Source of the DNA: a virus
IMG/VR virus record: IMGVR_UViG_3300030497_000005
Strand: one strand, 5' to 3'
Length of the DNA: 41,127 bases
Shown: positions 34,389-41,127 of the stretch, piece after piece
Layout: the number at the start of each line of letters is the position of its first letter
How positions within the stretch are numbered: the stretch's first letter is position 1
The notes under the pieces: generated by a model
Told to the model about the DNA's origin: nothing
What the model saw: only the letters and a program-made list of their open reading frames with translations
The model's database searches: none
Translations under genes and position numbers: made by a program

Positions 34389-34709
34389 ATGATGAACACT
34401 AAATTAAGAATTTCTACAGACCAAAGTCAAATAGTTGTACACGCGATTAAAGAGTTAATTCCTTCTTTAAATAAAGGAGAAGTTAGTCAGTTTAAGATGG
34501 CAGCAGTTAAATTCAGGGATGAAGAAATTTATGTTGATGGTATTTCAATGAGATGTGCAGAAAGAGCTTTATTAGAAAAGGCATCTAAGTCAGAGTACAA
34601 GCTTACTAGACTCATTCTAAAAAACCTTGCTGGATCCATTGAAGAACAAAGAGAACACTTCCAAGAACAATTTAAAGAACAATCAATGAAACAAATATTT
34701 GCTGGTTAA
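34389..34709 (+). CDS. hypothetical early protein
   Basis: SD GGGAGG followed 8 nt later by ATG 34389 (track start 34350). Confidence 0.6.
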   Translation: MMNTKLRISTDQSQIVVHAIKELIPSLNKGEVSQFKMAAVKFRDEEIYVDGISMRCAERALLEKASKSEYKLTRLILKNLAGSIEEQREHFQEQFKEQSMKQIFAG

Positions 34710-34721
34710 GGAGTGATTTGA

Positions 34722-34958
34722 ATGCCCTATGAATCTAAAAAGTACAAAGAAAGAAAAAGGCGTAAAGAATTTGGTCATCTCCTTAGACAAACAAGAGCAG
34801 AGAAAAACTTATCTAAGGAAGCAGCAGCAATGTATTTAGGAATCTCAATTGAAACATTAGAGCGAATAGAACAAGGCAGTGTTTCTCCAGATATACCTAA
34901 TTTATCAAGGAAGGTTGATAAATTAAAGGATAGAGAGAAGATGCTGATTGCGCTATGA
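34722..34958 (+). CDS. XRE-type HTH protein
   Basis: LLRQTRAEKNLSKEAAAMYLGISIETLERIEQG is an HTH motif. Confidence 0.7.
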   Translation: MPYESKKYKERKRRKEFGHLLRQTRAEKNLSKEAAAMYLGISIETLERIEQGSVSPDIPNLSRKVDKLKDREKMLIAL

Positions 34959-35224
34959 GTAAAGATAAAGATTGGCCGAAAACCTGTTACGTCGAGTTTT
35001 TTAGAGAAAAAACACAGAGTGTATGTCATTGGGGATTTCAAGCAGATAATGCAAAGGGATTGTATTTTAAATTACAAAAAATGAACTTCAAAGCAGATGA
35101 TATCTTTTTCTTTTATCAAAATGGTATTTCTTTATCAAAAGATGAAATTAAAAAAGTCGTTGAATGGGTGGAGAAAAAAAGAAAGGAGCAAGAAGGTGCA
35201 AAAGGTAAACTTCAAAAAAGCTAG
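34955..35224 (+). CDS. hypothetical early protein
   Basis: Start overlaps the previous stop (ATGA). Confidence 0.55.
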   Translation: MSKDKDWPKTCYVEFFREKTQSVCHWGFQADNAKGLYFKLQKMNFKADDIFFFYQNGISLSKDEIKKVVEWVEKKRKEQEGAKGKLQKS

Positions 35225-35342
35225 TACAGGCCAGTTGCTTCAGATAATAAACGAAGAAGATTGCAGCAGGATATATAAAGTGAAAGCATATTTAGCGCTT
35301 TTGGCAAAGGCAATAAAGGGTGGGAAAAGAAATGGGATATGA
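35196..35342 (+). CDS. hypothetical 48-aa protein
   Basis: SD AAAGGAG followed 7 nt later by GTG 35196. The longer track ORF from 35097 overlaps the previous gene out of frame. Confidence 0.4.
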   Translation: MQKVNFKKASTGQLLQIINEEDCSRIYKVKAYLALLAKAIKGGKRNGI

Positions 35343-35511
35343 TCTACAAGCCAAAGAAGGCAGCGTGAACTTAGTTATTAATGGAAAAGTGGAGCAAATA
35401 CTTGCTCCAGAAACAGGCTTTGGAGAATGCCATATTAAATGGGTAAACGGAAGAATTGTTGAAGCTAAGGAAATTAAAAGTAAGCGATTTGATAAGAAAA
35501 CAGGAGGTTAG
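35332..35511 (+). CDS. hypothetical early protein
   Basis: ATG 35332 after AAGGGTGG (track start 35320). Confidence 0.5.
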   Translation: MGYDLQAKEGSVNLVINGKVEQILAPETGFGECHIKWVNGRIVEAKEIKSKRFDKKTGG

Positions 35512-35520
35512 GGGTTGAAG

Positions 35521-35709
35521 ATGGTGAGAAGGTATGTTGCTGAGACTAAATATAATACTTCTTCGCAAAGAAAACCGTTACTGGTTATCACTGTTTATCC
35601 TGAGTCTGACAATCTTAATTCAGTAGAAAGAGATATTGGTATCTTAACAGCACGTAAAGGAATCCTTAGGAGCAAGAAAAATAATCAGTTTAAATATAGA
35701 GATATATAA
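35521..35709 (+). CDS. hypothetical early protein
   Basis: ATG 35521 after TAGGGG (track start TTG 35515). Confidence 0.5.
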   Translation: MVRRYVAETKYNTSSQRKPLLVITVYPESDNLNSVERDIGILTARKGILRSKKNNQFKYRDI

Positions 35710-35726
35710 AGAAAGGAGAATAAACG

Positions 35727-36461
35727 ATGCTTTACACATACGATCCATACACCAATATATTGTTAGAAACCAGTTATGAAGAATTAAAAAAAATAACAGG
35801 TTTGAATCCTTCAAGATTAAAATCCTTCATTGCAAAAAGTAAAAAAGTCCCGAAATTTAATTTTTATATTACTGAAAAAAACATTTCTATAGAACAAAAG
35901 AAAATTTGGTATGCAAGGGAAAATTATGAAAATGAATGCTGGAAACAAATATCTAATACTGATTATTTGATTTCAAGTTATGGTCGTGTAAAAAGAAAGT
36001 TCAAAAGGTTTGGAGAACTAATTTTACCACTATTCGATAAAAGAGACGGCCAGATGTTTGTGAACCTCAACATTAACGGTAAGGGACAACGGTTCTACAT
36101 TTCCAGATTAGTCGCAGAGTACTTTCTTGATAAACCAAGTGATGAACAAAAGAAACTCGTTTATCACAAGAATCGGATTAAAACAGATAATTACTTTCTA
36201 AATCTAACTTATTTGTCCAGAAGTGAATTGAGTCGTCTTACGGTTGCTAAGTCAAGAAGCAAAGCAGTTGTAGAAATAGATGAAACTACTCTTGAAGTGA
36301 TTGAAGAGTATAGATCCGCAAAAGAAGCAGCTGAAAAAACATTTATGAGCCATACCATAATTTTGAAATGTTGCCAAGGGAAAGTCAAATACGCTTGTGG
36401 TAAAAAGTTCATGTTGGAATCAGATTACTTAAAAATAATAGGAAAGAAACAGGTATCTTAA
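35727..36461 (+). CDS. free-standing HNH homing endonuclease (NUMOD4 + HNH_3 + NUMOD1/IENR1-like)
   Basis: CWKQISNTDYLISSYGRVKRKF (NUMOD4-like), VYHKNRIKTDNYFLNLTYL (H-N-N) and VVEIDETTLEVIEEYRSAKEAAEKTFMSHTIILKCCQGK (C-terminal DNA-binding repeat). Confidence 0.8.
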   Translation: MLYTYDPYTNILLETSYEELKKITGLNPSRLKSFIAKSKKVPKFNFYITEKNISIEQKKIWYARENYENECWKQISNTDYLISSYGRVKRKFKRFGELILPLFDKRDGQMFVNLNINGKGQRFYISRLVAEYFLDKPSDEQKKLVYHKNRIKTDNYFLNLTYLSRSELSRLTVAKSRSKAVVEIDETTLEVIEEYRSAKEAAEKTFMSHTIILKCCQGKVKYACGKKFMLESDYLKIIGKKQVS

Positions 36462-36570
36462 CATGAAGCTTTTCAAAGGGTGTTTAATTGCTGCAATACC
36501 ATCTGTTGTTTTATGGTCCTTGTTTATATATTTAGTTTTTTCATTAATAAAGTGAAAGGATTGAGTGGAA

Positions 36571-36921
36571 ATGCCTTTTCCTAAGTTAGAAAAGCCTGAA
36601 ATATTCACAGCAGAACAATATAAAGCGTGGAAAGCTGATGGACTTACGGATGCTTATATAAGAGAAGAGATTCTTTTTGTGGGGAAGGAAATTTTAAATC
36701 GATGGAAAGCAGAAGTAGGGTTTCAAACATCAAATGGAAAGATGCTTGGTGTCAGAAAAGCGAATCAACCCATCATTAAAAGAGAAGATGTATTGCGCCT
36801 TTTAAGCAAAGGAGTAACAAAGAAAGCTATTGCTAAGAGATATGGATGTACTCAAAGGCATATCAGAAATATCGCAAATAATTATGGAAAAGGGATGAAA
36901 TCTAATGAACAAACAATATGA
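36571..36921 (+). CDS. hypothetical protein with C-terminal HTH
   Basis: LSKGVTKKAIAKRYGCTQRHIRNIANNYG. Confidence 0.55.
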   Translation: MPFPKLEKPEIFTAEQYKAWKADGLTDAYIREEILFVGKEILNRWKAEVGFQTSNGKMLGVRKANQPIIKREDVLRLLSKGVTKKAIAKRYGCTQRHIRNIANNYGKGMKSNEQTI

Positions 36922-37453
36922 AATGGTAAAAGATTTTCAAACGAAAATGGGGCAACCAGTAGCAGGAAGACCAACAGTAATGGGTATCAAGCGAATGCAA
37001 GAAAGGTTTGTTTATCTGGAAGAAGAACTAAATGAATTTGCTGTTGCTGAAACAGTAGTAGATCAAGCTGATGCAATGATTGATCTCATTTATCTTGCTA
37101 TAGGAACACTAGTGGAATTAGGAGTGCAGCCAGAGAAATTGTTTGAAATTGTACATAATGCCAACATGTCTAAGTTATGGGAAGATGGTAAACCAAGAAC
37201 GAACCCTGAGACAGGGAAAATTATTAAACCACCAACATTCGTAAGACCAGAACCATTGCTACAAAAAGAAATCGAACGTCAGTCAACGTTTTGGATTGAT
37301 GCAGTATCAAGATATTTTCCAGAAGTCACAAAACAGGAAATTGAATTTATTCTTTGGGAAAAAACAGCATACCCACTAGGGAGTGCCGCAACTGTAGAGC
37401 AGCAATTAAAAGATTTGAAAGATGAAATAGAAGCAAAAAGCGAAACGAAATAA
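36905..37453 (+). CDS. MazG-like nucleotide pyrophosphohydrolase
   Basis: YLEEELNEFAVAETVVDQADAMIDLIYLAIGT carries the acidic ExxE...D motifs of the all-alpha NTP pyrophosphatase fold. Confidence 0.65.
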   Translation: MNKQYEMVKDFQTKMGQPVAGRPTVMGIKRMQERFVYLEEELNEFAVAETVVDQADAMIDLIYLAIGTLVELGVQPEKLFEIVHNANMSKLWEDGKPRTNPETGKIIKPPTFVRPEPLLQKEIERQSTFWIDAVSRYFPEVTKQEIEFILWEKTAYPLGSAATVEQQLKDLKDEIEAKSETK

Positions 37454-37508
37454 CCGCGCAATTGTACAATTATGCGCGGTAAAAAATCTAAATAAGGAGC
37501 AAATCAAA

Positions 37509-38000
37509 ATGCCAAATTGGAGCGAAGGAACTTTAAAAATTAGAGGAACAAGAGCAAATATTAAAAGATTTTTAACTGAAGGAATAGAACCATTACCTAG
37601 CTTAAAGGACCAAATCGCAGCAATGCGAGGACAAGAAGTCGAGCAACCTAAATTAAAAATTGAGGAAGATGAGTACGACTTAACTATAAGTGCTGATAAT
37701 GGAATTTATATAACAGGAACTAGAAGAGCATTCATTGAGCAAGATATTGTTTGGGACTTTGATGATAAGCATGAGGAAGTTTTAGTGATTAATAACTTCA
37801 AGCAAGCATGGGGTGTTGATGCTCAATCATTTGCTGATATATCCAAAAAGTTTGATATCGACATAAGAATATACGTGTTTGAATGCGGAATGGAGTTCAA
37901 TCAGGAAATTGAAATTCATAAGGGTAAAGTAATTACAAATAAGGAGATAAAGTTTAAAGATTATGCTTGGGATTGTGTTTTTCCTAACTTAGGAGGTTGA
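37509..38000 (+). CDS. hypothetical protein with MPNW N-terminus (DUF1281/Api92-like?)
   Basis: MPNWSEGTLKIRGTRANIKRFL resembles the N-terminus typical of that family. Weak call. Confidence 0.5.
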   Translation: MPNWSEGTLKIRGTRANIKRFLTEGIEPLPSLKDQIAAMRGQEVEQPKLKIEEDEYDLTISADNGIYITGTRRAFIEQDIVWDFDDKHEEVLVINNFKQAWGVDAQSFADISKKFDIDIRIYVFECGMEFNQEIEIHKGKVITNKEIKFKDYAWDCVFPNLGG

Positions 38001-38107
38001 TGTTTTTTGAGTCAATCACAAGAAGAAAAATCTCTGAAGGAAATCGAATTAGAATATACAATGCGTGAGCAGCTTACAATTTATCATTTTATCGGAGGTT
38101 TGTAATT

Positions 38108-38293
38108 ATGGAAAAAACATTTTTTGTGCAGATAGATGGGTTAGAACCTATTGTTGTATCCGTTAAAGATGATGTAAACAGACCTAACAATATGGACTGT
38201 CACAGTGCCTTAGAAGAATGGAAAACTTATAATTTCGGTTACAGAAAATACGATTATTGGGAAATTGATACTTGCGAAAAACACAATATTTAA
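38108..38293 (+). CDS. hypothetical early protein
   Basis: ORF with SD GGAGG upstream. Confidence 0.5.
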   Translation: MEKTFFVQIDGLEPIVVSVKDDVNRPNNMDCHSALEEWKTYNFGYRKYDYWEIDTCEKHNI

Positions 38294-38355
38294 AGAGGAG
38301 TAATAAAAAATGAGAACTGTTCTTCATTTTATTGGAGTCTGGATAGGGTTAGAGC

Positions 38356-38556
38356 ATGAAAAATAAACCATGGTATAAAAAAGAATATGCTCTTTATAAG
38401 GGTGACAACTTTATAACTATAGGCACCATTAGAGAAATCAGCAAGGAAACTGGTAAAAGTATTGATTTCCTTAGATGGATGACATATCCAGCATATGAGA
38501 GACGTATCAAGAACAGTAATGACAGAAGTAAGTTAGTACTTATCGAGGATGATTAG
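38356..38556 (+). CDS. hypothetical early protein
   Basis: ORF in the same orientation as the operon. Confidence 0.5.
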   Translation: MKNKPWYKKEYALYKGDNFITIGTIREISKETGKSIDFLRWMTYPAYERRIKNSNDRSKLVLIEDD

Positions 38557-38606
38557 AAGAAATCATCCTTTCTTCAAAAGAAGATAAGAAGAAAGGAAGA
38601 AGCAGA

Positions 38607-38933
38607 TTGAATATACAACAATCATGTGAAATATTGGAGCAAATGCTCGCAGATGATATTGATAAAAGCCGATTAAGCACAAAGGAATCTACGGCTTTGA
38701 ACGTATTATTATTTGAAATAGCTTTAACTGGTCAGTATGTATTGCCTGAGAAGTTCATTCTGAAAGATATGTATGATAAGCCTTTGAATGGTGGGTATAT
38801 CTGCAGCAAACATGGAGTTGGATATAAAGGTAAATGTCCAACTTGTGCCAGCATAGAAAATCCTCCAAGGAAAATAAAGAGACAAGGTAAGTTAATCAGA
38901 CAGACTATCAGAAAATCCAATCGAAAAAGATAA
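38607..38933 (+). CDS. hypothetical protein, basic C-terminus
   Basis: TTG start after AAAGGAAG; CSKHG...CPTC. Confidence 0.45.
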   Translation: MNIQQSCEILEQMLADDIDKSRLSTKESTALNVLLFEIALTGQYVLPEKFILKDMYDKPLNGGYICSKHGVGYKGKCPTCASIENPPRKIKRQGKLIRQTIRKSNRKR

Positions 38934-38945
38934 GGAGTGTAAAAA

Positions 38946-39275
38946 ATGCATGAAAATGAATTAGATACATTCCTTAAAGACTTACTGCAAGATATGAAAT
39001 ATGCGCTTGATGAGGAAGACCAAGTTATTACTGTTTCTTCAAAAGATGTCAACAAGGTAACAAGATTAATTAACAGAAACAAACGAAGAGACTCTTTATT
39101 GGTGCAGCGTGAAAGGTGCCAAGAATTATTTGAAAGAAAGTACATCGCCTATAGAGAAATGCTGGTATTCATATATGAGTTATTAGAAGAAGAAAATACT
39201 TTAAAAAGAGATCTTAAATGTTCTTTACAAGAAGAGCAAGGCGATTTCACATTCGAGGAAAACGAGGGTGAATAA
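38946..39275 (+). CDS. hypothetical early protein
   Basis: SD AAGGAG upstream. Confidence 0.5.
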   Translation: MHENELDTFLKDLLQDMKYALDEEDQVITVSSKDVNKVTRLINRNKRRDSLLVQRERCQELFERKYIAYREMLVFIYELLEEENTLKRDLKCSLQEEQGDFTFEENEGE

Positions 39276-39708
39276 AATGAAGGAAATAAAGCTACATAGC
39301 AAGTGTCCAAAATGCGGAAACGTCAATAATGTCTCAGAGTCAGAAACAAAGATGTATATTCATTGCCAGTGCTGCTATCATCATTATGATTTTAAGATTA
39401 ATGACATTAAAAGTCGAATTACAAAAGATTCAAATGGAGTAAGTAGTTATTTGGGTGTCTATATTGATGAAATGGACTGGCTAGTGGAGCAAGCAGAAAA
39501 AGTGGAGCCATTAATTAAGATTGCTTTATGGAATATCATCGCTATGATTCATAACAAAGATAACAGATATAAGGCTTTAGTCGAATTAAAAGAAGTAGTA
39601 GGGAATAATACAAAGTTCAGCAGCTTTATTGAAGAGACAATAAATGAGTTAAAGGAGAAAGAGAAAAATGAGCAACCAAGCAATTGTTCCAAAAACAAGA
39701 AAAAGTGA
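39268..39708 (+). CDS. hypothetical protein with N-terminal zinc ribbon
   Basis: CPKCGN...CQCC. Confidence 0.5.
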   Translation: MNKMKEIKLHSKCPKCGNVNNVSESETKMYIHCQCCYHHYDFKINDIKSRITKDSNGVSSYLGVYIDEMDWLVEQAEKVEPLIKIALWNIIAMIHNKDNRYKALVELKEVVGNNTKFSSFIEETINELKEKEKNEQPSNCSKNKKK

Positions 39709-40036
39709 AATGGTTTGGAATAAGGGATTAGGCATTTATTTATTACCAAAAGAAAATGCACAACCAGTAGTGGACATTAATGCTGATGTAATTATTGCTA
39801 AAGCAGCTGAAGCTTTCACTGCCTTTGAAGGAAAAAAGGATGATCCAATCGGAAAGAATGTAAGAGCTCTTAGTTTGCTCGAGCATTTCCCAGAATTACT
39901 AAGGGTAGCAACCGAGCAACAAAAACATATCGAAATAATCAAAGAAGAAAATGAAGCTCATTTAACTGCCAGGGAGGAACTTTGGAGACAAGAAGCTTTA
40001 AACCTTGCTGTCATGTATGAAGAAGAAAACCTTTAA
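39668..40036 (+). CDS. hypothetical early protein
   Basis: SD AAGGAGAAAGAG upstream. Overlaps the previous gene's end by 41 nt, so the real start is uncertain. Confidence 0.45.
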   Translation: MSNQAIVPKTRKSEMVWNKGLGIYLLPKENAQPVVDINADVIIAKAAEAFTAFEGKKDDPIGKNVRALSLLEHFPELLRVATEQQKHIEIIKEENEAHLTAREELWRQEALNLAVMYEEENL

Positions 40037-40045
40037 GGAGATAGC

Positions 40046-40228
40046 ATGAACAAAACAATAGAAGAAATTTTGTGGTGGGTGTTCCTTTATGTAAGTTGTG
40101 GGATCATCCACTTATTTATTAAAATCTGGACCATTCCATTTGGATTCCTCATCTATATGCAAAAGGATAATGCCATGTACAACATTTTCTATTGGCCTGT
40201 CATTTTAATTAGAGACATATTTCTTTAA
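40046..40228 (+). CDS. small membrane protein
   Basis: Two hydrophobic helices; SD AAGGAG. Confidence 0.5.
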   Translation: MNKTIEEILWWVFLYVSCGIIHLFIKIWTIPFGFLIYMQKDNAMYNIFYWPVILIRDIFL

Positions 40229-40260
40229 GGGAGGAGATTGTTATTTTCACAGAAAAAGAA

Positions 40261-40455
40261 TTGAAAATAATTGATACTTGCCACAACGGAGACTTTAGAG
40301 GGATATGGAGTGTAAATCCAGATGGCAGTTTAAGCATAGATGTATTTGATTTATACAAAGGAAAAGATGAACATTTTTTAGTAAAAGAAGATGGATTTAT
40401 TGTAAAAGAAACAATATTAGTTTGGTGCTTAGATTATATACATAGCTGGATTTGA
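40261..40455 (+). CDS. hypothetical early protein
   Basis: The TTG 40261 start has no SD. The strong SD GGGAGGAG (40229-40236) is instead followed after 6 nt by an in-frame ATT at 40243, so the start is uncertain. Confidence 0.45.
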   Translation: MKIIDTCHNGDFRGIWSVNPDGSLSIDVFDLYKGKDEHFLVKEDGFIVKETILVWCLDYIHSWI

Positions 40456-40478
40456 GTGAGGTCTGGCCGGAAAACCGG

Positions 40479-40535
40479 AGGACATCAACCCATGAAGAGA
40501 AACTATTCTCTTTTTGGTTTGGTGTCCTTTTTATT
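40479..40535 (+). terminator. strong terminator at end of early operon
   Basis: Compound hairpin AGGACATCAACCC...AAGAGAA-acta-TTCTCTT...GGTTTGGTGTCCT followed by TTTTTATTT. Confidence 0.75.
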
Positions 40536-40606
40536 TGTTTAAAACGGTGTCGCTGAGAAGCCCTACAGCGCAATTAACTTTTTATTAATGAGGAGTTGTT
40601 CATTCG

Positions 40607-40804
40607 ATGCAACAGAAGAAGCCTAGTCGTACTAACCAAAATAAGAAAAGAAAGATGGAATTTGAATTTCAATGGAAAGTCAGTGCCCTTCGCCAAGATA
40701 AACGGACAGGACCGACAAGAATTTTCCCAAGAGATCCTTATACACAATATCTCATAGAAGAAGAGACAAAACGTATCAATCCAAGTCGTGGACTTGACAA
40801 ATAA
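40607..40804 (+). CDS. hypothetical basic 65-aa protein
   Basis: SD GAGGAG lies 11 nt upstream of the ATG. Confidence 0.45.
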   Translation: MQQKKPSRTNQNKKRKMEFEFQWKVSALRQDKRTGPTRIFPRDPYTQYLIEEETKRINPSRGLDK

Positions 40805-41000
40805 AACCTGTATTTTTATACAAAAATCTCGTGCTGTGAATAATACGGCTTTATGTAAACTAGCTATATCGAAAAGTTGTCATATCAAGGATGAAAAAAG
40901 GCGCAAAAAAGCCAAAATACCCAAAATCGTATACAGGATTTCATACATCCTTGATAAACAGCCATTTAGCAAAATAAACCAGCAACGAAAACAAGCAAAA

Positions 41001-41127
41001 TAGTGAATAAAATCTTGCATATTTCCAAGGAGAAAAGGGGGCCATTTTCAGTGGAGGATTTGATTAAAGAGTACAAATTAACATTAAAAAAAATTAGAAA
41101 ACAGAAAGTGGAATTGAAAACAAGAAT
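41001..41127. repeat. terminal direct repeat, right copy (identical to 1-127)
   Basis: Read directly. Most simply an assembly overlap of a circular or circularly permuted molecule. Confidence 0.98.

Larger units (their letters stand above)
1..41000. mobile_element. complete temperate siphovirus genome, probable phage-plasmid (circular, 41,000 bp unique)
   Basis: Full packaging-head-tail-lysis gene order plus plasmid-type rep/par genes. Window ends are identical over 127 nt, so the sequence closes on itself. Confidence 0.85.

Noticed and set aside
35097-35195. N-terminal part of track ORF 35097-35342
   Set aside because: It overlaps the preceding gene out of frame for about 100 nt and has no SD. 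An internal GTG at 35196 with SD AAAGGAG is a better start.
36463-36555. 30-aa hydrophobic ORF (MKLFKGCLIAAIPSVVLWSLFIYLVFSLIK) after the homing endonuclease gene
   Set aside because: It is plausible as a small membrane peptide, but it has no convincing SD and is too short to support.
37453-37480. GC-rich hairpin ACCGCGCA...TGCGCGGT after the MazG-like gene as a rho-independent terminator
   Set aside because: No downstream T run on the plus strand (an A run follows). It may be a protein-binding palindrome or RNA stabiliser, so it is not called as a terminator.
40788-41003. 71-aa ORF (GTG start) upstream of the late activator
   Set aside because: No SD. It overlaps the previous ORF, has a low-complexity Lys/Ile-rich composition, and the region is better explained by inverted repeats and regulatory structure.

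Overview
This window is the complete circular genome of a low-GC Firmicutes (Bacillus-like) temperate siphovirus that appears to be maintained as a plasmid (a phage-plasmid). Bases 1-127 are repeated exactly at 41001-41127, so the unique circle is 41,000 bp. The plus-strand late block (3-24304) encodes a sigma-region-4-like late activator, a 180-aa catalytic-domain-only tyrosine recombinase, an HNH endonuclease and TerS/TerL. It continues with an HK97-type portal, ClpP-like protease, major capsid, head-tail joining proteins, major tail protein, a tail chaperone with a -1 frameshift on an A9 run, and a 1076-aa tape measure. The block ends with Dit/Tal, a GDPD-domain tail protein, a 1097-aa fibre ending in an SGNH esterase domain, a separate membrane-anchored SGNH esterase, and XhlA/holin/M15 endolysin. 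The accessory and maintenance block (24338-34305) starts with a minus-strand operon encoding an FtsK/SpoIIIE-type ATPase, a replication-relaxation protein and small membrane proteins. It also holds a ParM-like actin segregation cassette with a centromere-like inverted repeat. Next comes a RepA_N-like initiator with iterons and an AT-rich tract inside its own gene, preceded by a CopR-like HTH gene and an antisense RNA defined by a promoter and terminators. The block finishes with an AimR/AimP/AimX-like (arbitrium-type) peptide signalling cassette and a CI-like/Cro-like switch. The early block (34389-40455) is small ORFans plus a free-standing HNH homing endonuclease and a MazG-like pyrophosphohydrolase, with no recognisable phage replication genes. 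The most notable non-genic signal is a set of CGCGCG-centred boxes found only in the rep, cro, aimP and post-cro control regions. This suggests that copy control, peptide signalling and the lysis-lysogeny switch are wired together. All functional calls come from motif and architecture recognition by eye; no database search was run.
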